NCBI GenBank assembly: GCA_030248215.1
Contig: JASANG010002125.1
Location: 434,001 to 495,546, forward strand
Direction of reading: 5' to 3'
Length of the DNA stretch: 61,546 nt
Source: Enoplolaimus lenunculus
Lineage: Eukaryota
Part shown: piece by piece, positions 34,327 through 46,300 of the stretch
Position numbering within the stretch: the stretch's first letter is position 1
Layout: each line of letters begins with the position of its first letter
Translations under genes and position numbers: made by a program
The notes under the pieces: model-generated
What the model was told of the DNA's origin: nothing
Seen by the model: the letters and a program-made list of their open reading frames with translations, nothing else
Databases searched by the model: none

Positions 34327-37300
34327 GTTAGTGATGCGCTAGTTGTCTACATGTTAGCTTTTACTGTTTTACTGATTCTGCTCAAGAGAACTGGTACACT
34401 CAAAAAATACTTCTGATATTTAAGAAAAAAATTTTTTTACATTTAAGATATATGATTAGCAAGGTACACTTAAGAAGCATTTCTGTTTTTATAACAAAAA
34501 AGTTTTCAAAAGTTTTGAAATAGTCTCAAAATTAACGTTTTCGTGTTCTTTTCAGAAAAATTGTGTTAAATATAAAAAAAACTTTTCAGCTTTGCCACAT
34601 TTGAAAAAATTCTGAAACATTTTTTGTGTCTATTGCCTGCACAGAATGCAGCACAAAACACTTCACAAATTCACAACAGCAAGTAAACATCGTACCTTTA
34701 TAATTCTGAGAACGAACAGCAACATCTTAATCACGGCACTCTGCTTAGGTTTAGGCTTAAATTCAGTTATAATAGGCTTACCCTTACGCTGAGGTTCAAG
34801 CTTACTACTGCTATAGACATGCCCCTCAACAAGGCAGCATTGGCTAGAATTAGTCTCAAAAAGAACACTATTTTAAATACTAACACAGCGATCTTAAACC
34901 GTTCCTTGGTATAAAATGATGACATTCTAAAATATATCGCCAGTGATGTAGCGAAATCGTTATAATAAATAGGTCGGACAATGTTATACTTTTAGGGCCG
35001 TAACACTAGATTAAGCGTATTTCTAAGCCTAAGCCTAAGCCTAAGCGTTGCGAAAGCGTATTTCTAAGCCTAAGCCTAAGCCTAAGCTAAAAAAATGTAA
35101 GTCTAAAATGTAAGCCTACTCTTTTTACAGGGCCACCAGAAACCGGGACGGCCCTAAAAGGAACACGGGTCAATAGTTCTATGCGATTAGCTAAAACATT
35201 ATAGTTGCATCAATTTAAGCACTTTTTTCAAAACATCGCAAAATTGGCTGTTTATTTTCGATAAAAATTCCACAACTTTGCTAATTGCGTTATCTGGACA
35301 CTATTAAACGTTTTTTAGACGAAGGTGTACGAATGTCAAACGCATTTGTGACCACACCGATATGTTGTCCAAGTCGGTCGTCCATATTAACTGGGCAGTA
35401 TGTTCACAATACGCGAGTTTTTAATAATACCATTGAAGGTTAATAACTTAAATTTATTTATATATATATATGTATATTGAAAAATCGGCAAATCGGCCCA
35501 TGTTACGCTGAGGGCCGTCCCGCTGTCCCGGGACAGTGGGACAGTGGGACAGCCGGGACAGTGGGACACTGGGACAGTAGGACAGCGGGACTGTCCTACT
35601 AACCCATTGTCCCGCTGTCCTGCTGTCCCACTGTCCTGCTGTCCCGCTGTCCTACAGTCCCGCTGTCCAACCGTCCCGCTGTCCTACTGTCCCGCTGTCC
35701 CACTGTCCAGCTGTCCCACTGTCCCACTGTCCCGCTGTTCCGCTGTCCTACTGTCCCGCTGTCCTACTGTCCCGCTGTCCCACTGTCCTACTGTCCCGCT
35801 GTCCCACTGTCCCGCTGTCCCGCTGTCCTACTGCCTACTGTCCTACTGTCCCGCTGTCCTACCGTCCCACTGTCCCGCTGTCCCACTGTCCCGCTGTCCT
35901 ACGGTCCAGCTGTCCCACTGTCCCGCTGTCCTACTGTCCCGCTGTCCTACTGTCCCGCTGTCCCGCTGTCCTACTGTCCCGTTGTCCTACTGTCCCGCTG
36001 TCCTACTGTCCCGCTGTCCCACTGTCCCGCTGTCCTACTGTCCCGCTGTCCTACTGTCCTACTGTCCCGCTGTCCTACCGTCCCACTGTCCCGCTGTCCT
36101 GCTGTCCCGCTGTCCCACTGTCCTACTGTCCCGCTGTCCCGCTGTACTACTGTCCTACTGTCCCGCTGTCCCACTGTCCCGCTGTCCTACTGTCCTACTG
36201 TCCCGCTGTCCTGCTGTCCAACTGTCCCGCTGTCCTACTGTCCCACTGTCCTGCTGTCCCACGTCCTGCTGTCCCACTGTCCCACTGTCCCACTGTCCTA
36301 CTGTCCTACTGTCCAGCTGTCCTACTGTCCCGCTGTCCCACTGTCCCACTGTCCCGCTGTCCTACTGTCCCACTGTCGTACTGTCCACCTGTCCCGCTGT
36401 CCTACTGTCCCGCTGTCCTACTGACCCGCTGTCCTACTGTCCCGCTGTCCTTCTATCCCACTGTCCCGCTGTCCTACTGTCCCGCTGTCCTACTGTCCCG
36501 CTGTCCTACTGTCCCGCTGTCCTACTGTCCCGCTGTCCTGCTGTCCCACTGTCCTACTGTCCCACTGTCCCGCTGTCCCACTGTCCTACTGTCCCACTGT
36601 CCCGCTGTCCCGCTGTCCTACTGTCCCGCTGTCCTACTGTCCCGCTGTCCTACTGTCCAGCTTTCCTACTGTCCTACTGTCCAACTGTCCCACTGTCCCG
36701 CTGTCCTACTGTCCAGCTGTCCTACTGTCCCGCTGTCCTACTGTCCCACTGTCGTACTGTCCCCCTGTCCTACTGTCCCGCTGTCCTACTGTCCCGCTGT
36801 CCTTCTATCCCACTGTCCCGCTGTCCTACTGTCCCGCTGTCCTACTGTCCCGCTGTCCTACTGTCCCGCTGTCCTACTGTCCCGCTGTCCTGCTGTCCCA
36901 CTGTCCCACTGTCCTACTGTCCCGCTGTCCTACTGTCCCGCTGTCCTACTGTCCAGCTTTCCTACTGTCCTTCTGTCCAACTGTCCCGCTGTCCTACTGT
37001 CCCGCTGTCCTACTGTCCCGCTGTCCTACTGTCCCGCTGTCCTGCTGTCCCACTGTCCTACTGTCCCACTGTCCCGCTGTCCCACTGTCCTACTGTCCCA
37101 CTGTCCCGCTGTCCCGCTGTCCTACTGTCCCGCTGTCCTACTGTCCCGCTGTCCTACTGTCCAGCTTTCCTACTGTCCTACTGTCCAACTGTCCCACTGT
37201 CCCGCTGTCCTACTGTCCAGCTGTCCTACTGTCCCGCTGTCCTACTGTCCCACTGTCGTACTGTCCCCCTGTCCCGCTGTCCTACTGTCCCGCTGTCCTA

Positions 37301-40300
37301 CTGTCCCGCTGTCCTTCTATCCCACTGTCCCGCTGTCCTACTGTCCCGCTGTCCTACTGTCCCGCTGTCCTACTGTCCCGCTGTCCTACTGTCCCGCTGT
37401 CCTGCTGTCCCACTGTCCCACTGTCCTACTGTCCCGCTGTCCTACTGTCCCGCTGTCCTACTGTCCAGCTTTCCTACTGTCCTTCTGTCCAACTGTCCCG
37501 CTGTCCTACTGTCCCGCTGTCCTACTGTCCCGTTGTCCTACTGTCCCGCTGTCCTACTGTCCCGCTGTCCTACTGTCCCACTGTCCTACTGTCCCGCTGT
37601 CCTGCTGTCCCACTGTCCTACTGTCCCGCTGTCCTACTGTCCCACTGTCCTGCTGTCCCACGTCCTGCTGTCCCACTGTCCTACTGTCCCGCTGTCCTAC
37701 TGTCCCGCTGTCCCACTGTCCCGCTGTCCTACTGTCCCGCTGTCCCACTGTCCCGCTGTCCTACTGTCCCACTGTCGTACTGTCCCCCTGTCCCGCTGTC
37801 CTACTGTCCCGCTGTCCTACTGTCCCGCTGTCCTACTGTCCCGCTGTCCTACTGTCCCGCTGTCCTACTGTCCCGCTGTCCTACTGTCCCGCTGTCCTAC
37901 TGTCCCGCTGTCCCACTGTCCTACTGTCCCACTGTTCTACTGTCCCGCTGTCCTACTGTCCAGCTTTCCTACTGTCCTACTGTCCCACTGTCCTACTGTC
38001 CAACTGTCCCGCTGTCCTACTGTCCCGCTGTCCTACTGTCCCGTTGTCCTACTGTCCCGCTGTCCTACTGTCCCGCTGTCCTACTGTCCCGCTGTCCTAA
38101 TGTCCCGCTGTCCTACTGTCCAGCTGTCCTGCTGTCCCACTGTCCTGCTGTCCTACTGTCCCGCTGTCCTACTGTCCCGCTGTCCTACTGTCCAGCTTTC
38201 CTACTGTCCCACTGTCCTACTGTCCAACTGTCCCGCTGTCCTACTGTCCCGCTGTCCTACTGTCCAGCTTTCCTACTGTCCCACTGTCCCGTTGTCCCAC
38301 TGTCCTACTGTCCCGCTGTCCTACTGTCCAGCTTTCCTACTGTCCCGCTGTCCTACTGTCCAGCTTTCCTACTGTCCCGTTGTCCTACTGTCCCGCTGTC
38401 CCACTGTCCCGGGACAGCGGGACGGCCCACAGCGTAACATGGGCCGAAAAATCTATTCGGGTAGTTTGTTTTTCCCGTCATATAAGTCCTTCCGCTCGTA
38501 ACAATGTTTAGCCTAAGCCTAAACCTGCGTGCGAATAATCTTAAGCTTAAGCCTAACCCTGAGCCTAAGCCTAAGCATGTGATAGTGTAAATGTTAGAAA
38601 CACTGTTGAAGAGAGCCTTTAGTCTTCTTTTAAAATAATAATTAGTGTGAAAGGAAAGTATTAAACAAGTACCATTTTGGCATAATTACTGCATGGTTTC
38701 AATTGAATCAATACGGTTCAATATGAAATAAATATCAAGGGATCAACAGCGGATAATAACGTGATTTGGGCAAGGGTGATTATATATTTCACATAAAACC
38801 CTTTCTCACATAAATATTTTCTATTTCCTAAGGTCTAGTTTAAAGTCCGGATTCGAATCGCAACCTCTGGGGTGCGATGCGCTTATCATCACCACCACCA
38901 AGGTATAGGAGGTCGATGCTCGAAGGCGACGTGGTGTTCACGTCTGTTAACACTTCGCATTGCGCACGAACTTTCGTATTGTAGTGACCCGAATAAGAGA
39001 AGGGGGTAATAAGAAGGGGTCCCCATTTGGAGTTCCAATCAGCACGGACCCGTAGCCAAGGAAGGGCCAGAGGGGCTCAGCCCCCGGAAAAAATTTTGCC
39101 CAAGAGTAAGTTTTCTATTTTGCTTGTAACACATTGAAAACCCTTGAATGCCCCTCCTGACAATTTCTTAGCTCCCCCTTAGCAAGGTGAGTTGGCTACG
39201 GCCTGAATCAATAGCAGTCTATATCTCTAATAAAAGCCTGTAAGCGGATATAGTCTCTAAACCCTAATTCGAGTCCATAAATGTCAATTATCCCTAATTG
39301 TAGTGTTTAAATGACTCCAGGACCAAATAAAGTTGAGTTCGAAACTTTAAAGCGTACTTAAGTTTTGAAAGTATAATTCTTAATTATAAACTTGCATTAT
39401 CGCTCAGAGTTCGAAAGTTGCTGACAGTATATATATTTTTTGTTATTAACCGCAGCGCAATTATCGAGAGACGGAACTACGTTTCTATAACAGAAAAAAA
39501 TGCGCAACCATACGATCAAAAGAGTTTTCAAAGTATTTCAATAAAATTGTTTCGTTGCTTTTTGCAAACGCAAATCTAAATGTTGAACCAATTTTCAATC
39601 CACTGGCCCGGAAGATAGGGAAGCTGGGGAGCTTAGAAGCTGGCGAAGCTTGGACTTGTGATTAGACTTTGGCTTATACAATAGGACGACCAGGTTTAGG
39701 CATCAGCTTCTGTTCGTTCAGTACGCAGATCCTATAGTTTGCATTGGGCCATATATCTTCATCAGTGCCCAAATTCTGTTTCAGGCAACTGTGGCAGTAA
39801 ATTGTGGCAGCAAACCAAAGAATCACACCAAACATGGCATCAAGCATTGAGAAACGACGGATATACAACATTCTACATTGGAAAATACTTGAATCAGTAC
39901 GGGTCACGTGAAACCGGAGGGTTGACACGGATACCCCCTGGATGGGACTCATGGGTAGGACTGCGTGGTAATTCGGTGTACTACAATTATACGCTGTCAG
40001 TCAACGGGACTCGAGAAAAACACGGTGACGAGTTAGACGATTATTTAACAAGCGTAATAGAACGACAAGCCAAAGAATTTATAAATAACAACGCAGGTAT
40101 CAATCACTTCGATATTTAATCATAAAGTTGTTTCTAGATCTAGCGGTATATATGGTAATGAATTCCGGTGAAGTTCCATAAAAGTAAGTACATTGCAAAA
40201 AAATCGTTAGTCAAATTGACTCTCTCCGAAATAGTTTCTACGGGACTACACAAACTGAGAGTCAAATTCGACTCCGCCAGAGTCAAATGCGCGACTCAGT

Positions 40301-43300
40301 GAGTCGAAATTGACTCTGGTGGAGTCGAATTTGACTCAAATTGTGTAGTCCCGTAGAATCTATTTCGGAGAGAGTCAATTTGACTCACCATTTTTTGCAG
40401 TGTACGTGAGTTGCCGTGGTCTTCTGTATCTACCAATGTCACCGTATGGTTAATAGTCCAGACCCTTCCGGGGACGGACCCATGTAAAGATCAGGGGCGG
40501 CACGTTTCTGTGGGACTAGAAAAGAGTAAGCTTAAGCTTCAGACTAATGTTTTTGCTTGACTTTTAAGCTTAGGCTTAGGAAAATGCTTAAAGCACTGTT
40601 GCGCCCTTGTTCTTTAAATTGACCAGGGGACGCAACAGAACCCCGTGTGCACCCATCGCCTATGCCTATTCGCAGAGTGTAACCGTATATCCGTTTAAAA
40701 AATCGGTATCCGTTTCCGTTCTTGAAATAACGGAAGTTATGTTTTAGGCTCAAAATTAATTGTAAATCTCACGCATATATCTTGTAATTTTTCATTTCCA
40801 GAGGTGCTATAGTTGTTCGAAATGAAGAATTTACGAAATTAAATATAAAATCTTAAAAATTTCGATGCACCCGCTATTTTTCTTTAAAAAGTTTACAAAG
40901 CCCCGTGAATATTTGCACACGCCAATTGTGTTGGCAGAAAGATAAAACATCTTTGAAGCTTTTATACTTCAATATCTGTTTTCCGTTTCCGCTATTTTCA
41001 TCACTGTCAGTGTCCGTTATTTTGATCACTGTCCGTGTCCGTTATTTTGACCACTATCCGTTACCGTAGCCGTTCCCGTCATTTTAACTATCCCTTTTAT
41101 ACCCTGCCTCTTAGTGATAGACCAAGGCCTCGATTGTCTTTCTCCGACTCTATAAAGTGTACCTCATCGAAAATTAACACGTCAAAACTATATCTTAGAA
41201 TTGAATGACTACAGAATTTTCTCCAATTTTTACGACAATGTTTGATCTGAGCAATGAGAAAAGCCTGGTAACTGTTTCAAAAATACAAAACACTTTTTGC
41301 GTTTCAAACAACCGTTTTTGCCAAACACTTCAGAGCGTTTTCAATATTCTTTCGGCACTCTGGCTATTTATCAGAGCCTGGACAGACAAGTGTGGGCTTC
41401 TTGTAAAATAGCTAAACCAGCTCATATTTTAGGTAAAACCTTTTACAATCTGCATATGCCCCAACCAGGGGAGACAGCACACGCACACCACACTAGAAGA
41501 TTTCTTTTTGTAAGCCAGCGAGTGTAGCGAGCGAGAAAATCTGTTGGCATTTAGCAGCCTGGTGGGTTATTGTAAACCCTGTGTAGTGTAAAGCCATTTT
41601 AAAATCGCGGAAAAATCCAGATGTATATATATGTATTTCAAAACTTCGGCGGCGGTTTTTGTTTCATCCGGTTAGGGTGGGCCCCTAAAGATGTTGCCCC
41701 CCAAATGGCGGTATGGGGGTGGCTGCTCTGGACATGCTATTCATATTATAGTTTCTCTACTTGCACATAACCGTTTTGAAAGACGCTGTTTGAAATGTTT
41801 AAAAGCGCTTAAATTAGCGTTTTATATCTGAACACGGTTTGTAAGGCGGGCAAATTTTCATACTTTCACTTTCAGATATCAAATCTGGCCTGTAGCTAGG
41901 TCACCTTGCTACGGGGTCTAAATATTTTTCATCTGGAGTATTCAAAAGTTTTTGGTGACTTACAAGCAAGGTTGACAATTTTTAGGGAGGGCAAAATCCT
42001 TCCAGGAAACCTGACCCACTTTCCTCTTTTTTGGCTACGGGCCCGTACTGTAGTGACCCGAATAAGAGGCGGTCCCCATTTTGAGTCCCAATCAATAGGA
42101 GTCCGTATTCCTAATAAGAGTTCGTAAGTGGATGGAGTCCCTATATCCTAATTAGAGTCTATAAATGTCAATTATCCCTATTGTAGTGCATAAATGACTT
42201 CAAGGCCAAGTAAAGTTGAGTTCGAAACTTTAAAGGATACTTAGTTTTGAAAGTACATTCTTAAGTATAAACCTTACATTATCGCTGAGGCTATTGTGAC
42301 ACAAGACAAATAAACGTGTCATTCAACGGATAGTGGCAATACCGGATCTCCGGCGAGGCCAAATATATATCAGTATCCCCTCTTATTCGGGTCACTACAG
42401 TATCAAATTCTGTTGATATTAAAATATTTTCTAGGCAACTCAAATGCAAAACCGTTCTTTATGTTTATCGCACCTCCAGCGCCACACGTTCCATGTGACT
42501 CGTTGCCTCAATATTGGCGTGATTATCTTGGTTGGCAACCGCCGTACCGCAAAAGTTACGGTAAACACGCAAGCGATAAGCATTGGTTGATTAGATCTCA
42601 GCCAAAAACGATGTCATTTCTAAATAGACATTTTATCGAACTTAACTACAGGTTAGTTTTGGTGTATTAAGCTAATAGTTTAGTAAAATATATACTAAGC
42701 TAAAAGTAACGCCAGCTTCGATTTTTTTCTTAATTCTTTACATCTGATCTGTAATAAAGAATTTGAGTCTGTTTCGATCTTTGGGACAATTTTAGAAGTT
42801 TGATTGACGCGATATCTCCTACAGAAAGATGTTATTAAATGTCAAATTTCTGGCCGCATTTTGCATCTCATATTGTTGTCATTTATTTTGCTTAGCGTCC
42901 GGTAAGTACCGGTAATATTTCATGGTTTCCAGCGCCGGTGTTTTTCCAGCTTCAGTGTTATTTCGGCGTACGCCCATTCCTACGTTGATCAACAGTAATA
43001 GAATTTCCGTCCGAAAAACAGCATCTGACCTCCGCCAAAATATTTTTGGGCCCCTATAAACATATTTAAACTTGGACAGAGGCCAAACGCCTGCAAAGAA
43101 TATTCATTGATTTATTAATTTCAGGAAACGTTTAGAATCGTTGCGCAGTGTTGACGACACAGTTGCATCTCTCGTGGACGTAGTTCACCAAAACAACATT
43201 GCCGAGCGAACAATATTTGTATACGCGTCAGATAACGGATATCATTTTGGTGATTTCAATATGCCGCTTGACAAACGTCTGCCGTACGAATTTGATATTC

Positions 43301-46300
43301 GCATACCGATGATGTGGATTGGGCCAGGAATCAAAAAAGGTTCGATAATAACTGCAGCTGTGTTTTCTGCAATCGCCACTTTTCGGGAGTGTCGGCATTA
43401 GTATCGGCACTTCAAAAAAACTACGATATTTTGGTTGCTTGGCAGCGAGCCCGAATGTTTACGATTTAGACGTGTACTGCGTTTGACAATGAATCTGGGA
43501 TGTCTATTGAGTTTGTGTCGGAGCATACGAGTGGGAGACAGTATAGATGCTCGAAAAAGAAAGGTTCAAGCACATTAACGTATGTGTATCCACCACTGGC
43601 AACCTGTAATTCGAATTGACTGTCCTGTATATAAGCACAAAGCTTATTCTCCTCACCTTGAGTATGGCAACTTGGCTGGAGTAGAAATTATATAATGGGG
43701 AGTGCAAATTATATATAATAAGAACTGGAGACTACAAACAACATATAATCAGACGGGGGGGTGCATATTATGGAGAGTCCTTATTATACGCTACACCTGG
43801 ATCCGGAAACGAAACGAAATTGAGCAACAAAAAGTTTGCAAAATGTTGTCAAAAACAATCTTTTACATAAACCATCGACAATTAAAGCATTCAAAATTTC
43901 CTCAAAGTTCCGAACAAACTCACTAAAAAGGGAACAGTTTTATAAACCAAAAATGTAACTGCCAAAATTCTAAGAACCACTGGCAAAAATTCTACCGGAG
44001 TTGAAGTTCGACGCAGACATCCGGCTGTACCTGATCAATATTGTTGCATTTATAGGCGTGATATCAGATGCGATCGCTCTAAACATCGATATTGGGCCAA
44101 CAATTTTGGATTTTGCAGGCGTTTCGCCGCTAAACACGTTCGATGGTTCGTCACTTAAGTCGGTCCTTTCGTCCGATGCTAATACAGGTAAACAAAAACG
44201 AAACCTGACCGGATCGTATGCAAAGGCGAAATAAAGGCAGCAGTTTAGGTGCGTTTAAACGCTATATAATGCCGTTAAATGCAACAGCTTCAGCGGCTGC
44301 TACCCAGTTTGACGGTAAAAGATAACTTTTTAGTGAGGTCAAATAATCAAACACTGGACTAAAAGTTTGCTGAAGCACAACTCATACCACGTGGTGCAAC
44401 GCTTTAGCGCTGTAAATTGCGCGGAAGGACAAATTATTTCGTATGAACTAGTATTCCGTAGTTGCACACATGTGTAAGTGCAGCGCTTTAAATATAATGG
44501 GTTTTGGCATATGATCAAAAGTATTTGTTTTTAAGCAAATCTAGCGTGAACCTTAAAACTTGAGTGACAACTCAAACAACCAAATCAACATTTCAATGTA
44601 TACGGCACGTTGAAACAATAGAACAACAGTTAAACAGAATTATTGTTTTCAATCAAAAGCTTTTGTAATTGTAATGTGTTACATTAAAAACTTCGTTATA
44701 AACATTTCCCGTTAACGGATTTCTAACGTAAACTCGCTTCAAGCAAAATCAAATTTCTAACTGATTCGAACGCGAAATATAACTGCATACAGCTGCCCAT
44801 GACTCGGATTCAGTACAATATTAATACCATTGCACCGTAACACAGTCCTGCTTTTGTATACTCACTGCAAAAAATTGGTGAGTCAAATTGACTCTCCGAA
44901 ATCGGCATTTTGGGACTACACAAACTAAGTCAAATTCGACTCCGCCAGAGTCAAATTCGACTCCCCCGAGTCACTCAGTGAGTCGAATTTGACTCACCAA
45001 TTTTTACAGTGCTGATTTCAATGTAGGATTGATAGCATTCCATACTTCACCTTTAAGTACGTACGGCAGAAACCCTAACTTCACTTTGGTAAGCGCGTTA
45101 AAAACAGTAAGCCTTGTGTTAAATTACGGCAGGTCGAGAATAACTGTGCTACAGTATTTCTGAACAGTACGCTCTTATATTTATACATATCTATATATTA
45201 AAGCTGGAACACCTCACATACGTATTTTGGGCAACGTTCCAGCAAACTTTCGAACATACGCCAAAACCCAGTATAATAGGAGAGTTGCACATGTGTGCAA
45301 TTACGGATTACTAGTTAAAGTTAATCACAACATGCTGGCGAATTTCGTGCCGAACGTAGCAAGTTACAGTGATGTGATCGACCAGGACCTCTTATCATCG
45401 AGGTCTCCGTGCCGGTCGCAGGGACCCTATTAACATTTTCCAATTATTAATCTAGTCAGACATATATTGCGCACTCGTTCAGATTAGATGTAATAGCACG
45501 TCTGAAGATTTTGGAATGGCCGAAATTTAGATTAATTTTCTGCGAGTTTGTCCAAAATAATTACTGAGTAACTTGGAGTGAGGCTCGTTAAACACACGCG
45601 ACGCCCTCTGAGTGAAGTAGAGGGCCCTTGTCTTGGTACTGGATGCATCTCTAGCGAGGAAAGGCTGAGCCTGTGATTCCGCTCCGTAGTAAAAATACAC
45701 TTCACAGCGTGAAAGGCCAAAGACAATGCACGATTTTCTTCTGAATACACAAACATAGAACATCTAAACAACAATGAGCTTACTGAAGCAAATCGGAACA
45801 ATTTTCTATCTGAGCAATATTCTATTCAATTTGCATACGGTACCCAAGTAAGTGCGTCTGTTGAAACACCTGCCCAAAATACATATATATGGGACATTCC
45901 AGATTTAATAATATAGATAGATAAACGGACTAATCACGAATTGTGTCCAAATATATAAACGATATTCTATATTCTAAACACTATTCACGTGTCAACCAAT
46001 ATTTTTTGAAACGTTTTTGCTCGCAGAAACGTTTTGAAACGAATCACTAGTATAGCGAAGACACGCTATTATTAACTAAACACTAATAGCATAAACAAAA
46101 TGCGAATATTCAATCTTTAGAGACTAACGTACCGCGACGTGAATATTTCGGAATTGAATATTGGGGCCGTGGAGGTCCGCAAAATGCTGCACCTGAATGT
46201 GGTTACAGCAGAGACGATCGTTTGTCGCTATGTATGCTCAACTGTCAATGCTTGGACGCTGCAAACAACACATATACATGCGTGAGGCATTTACGAGTCG

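Noticed and set aside
35544..38501. 985-aa Cys/Pro-rich ORF (keratin-associated or metallothionein-like look) and the overlapping minus-strand ORFs
   Set aside because: Translation of the CTGTCCNN octamer satellite (8-aa period = 3 units). It starts at GTG, lies between transposon TIRs inside a sulfatase intron, and changes register freely.
38847..38906. tRNA-like B box (GTTGCGATTCGAATCC) on the minus strand
   Set aside because: No cloverleaf can be drawn; at most a degraded tRNA-derived SINE head
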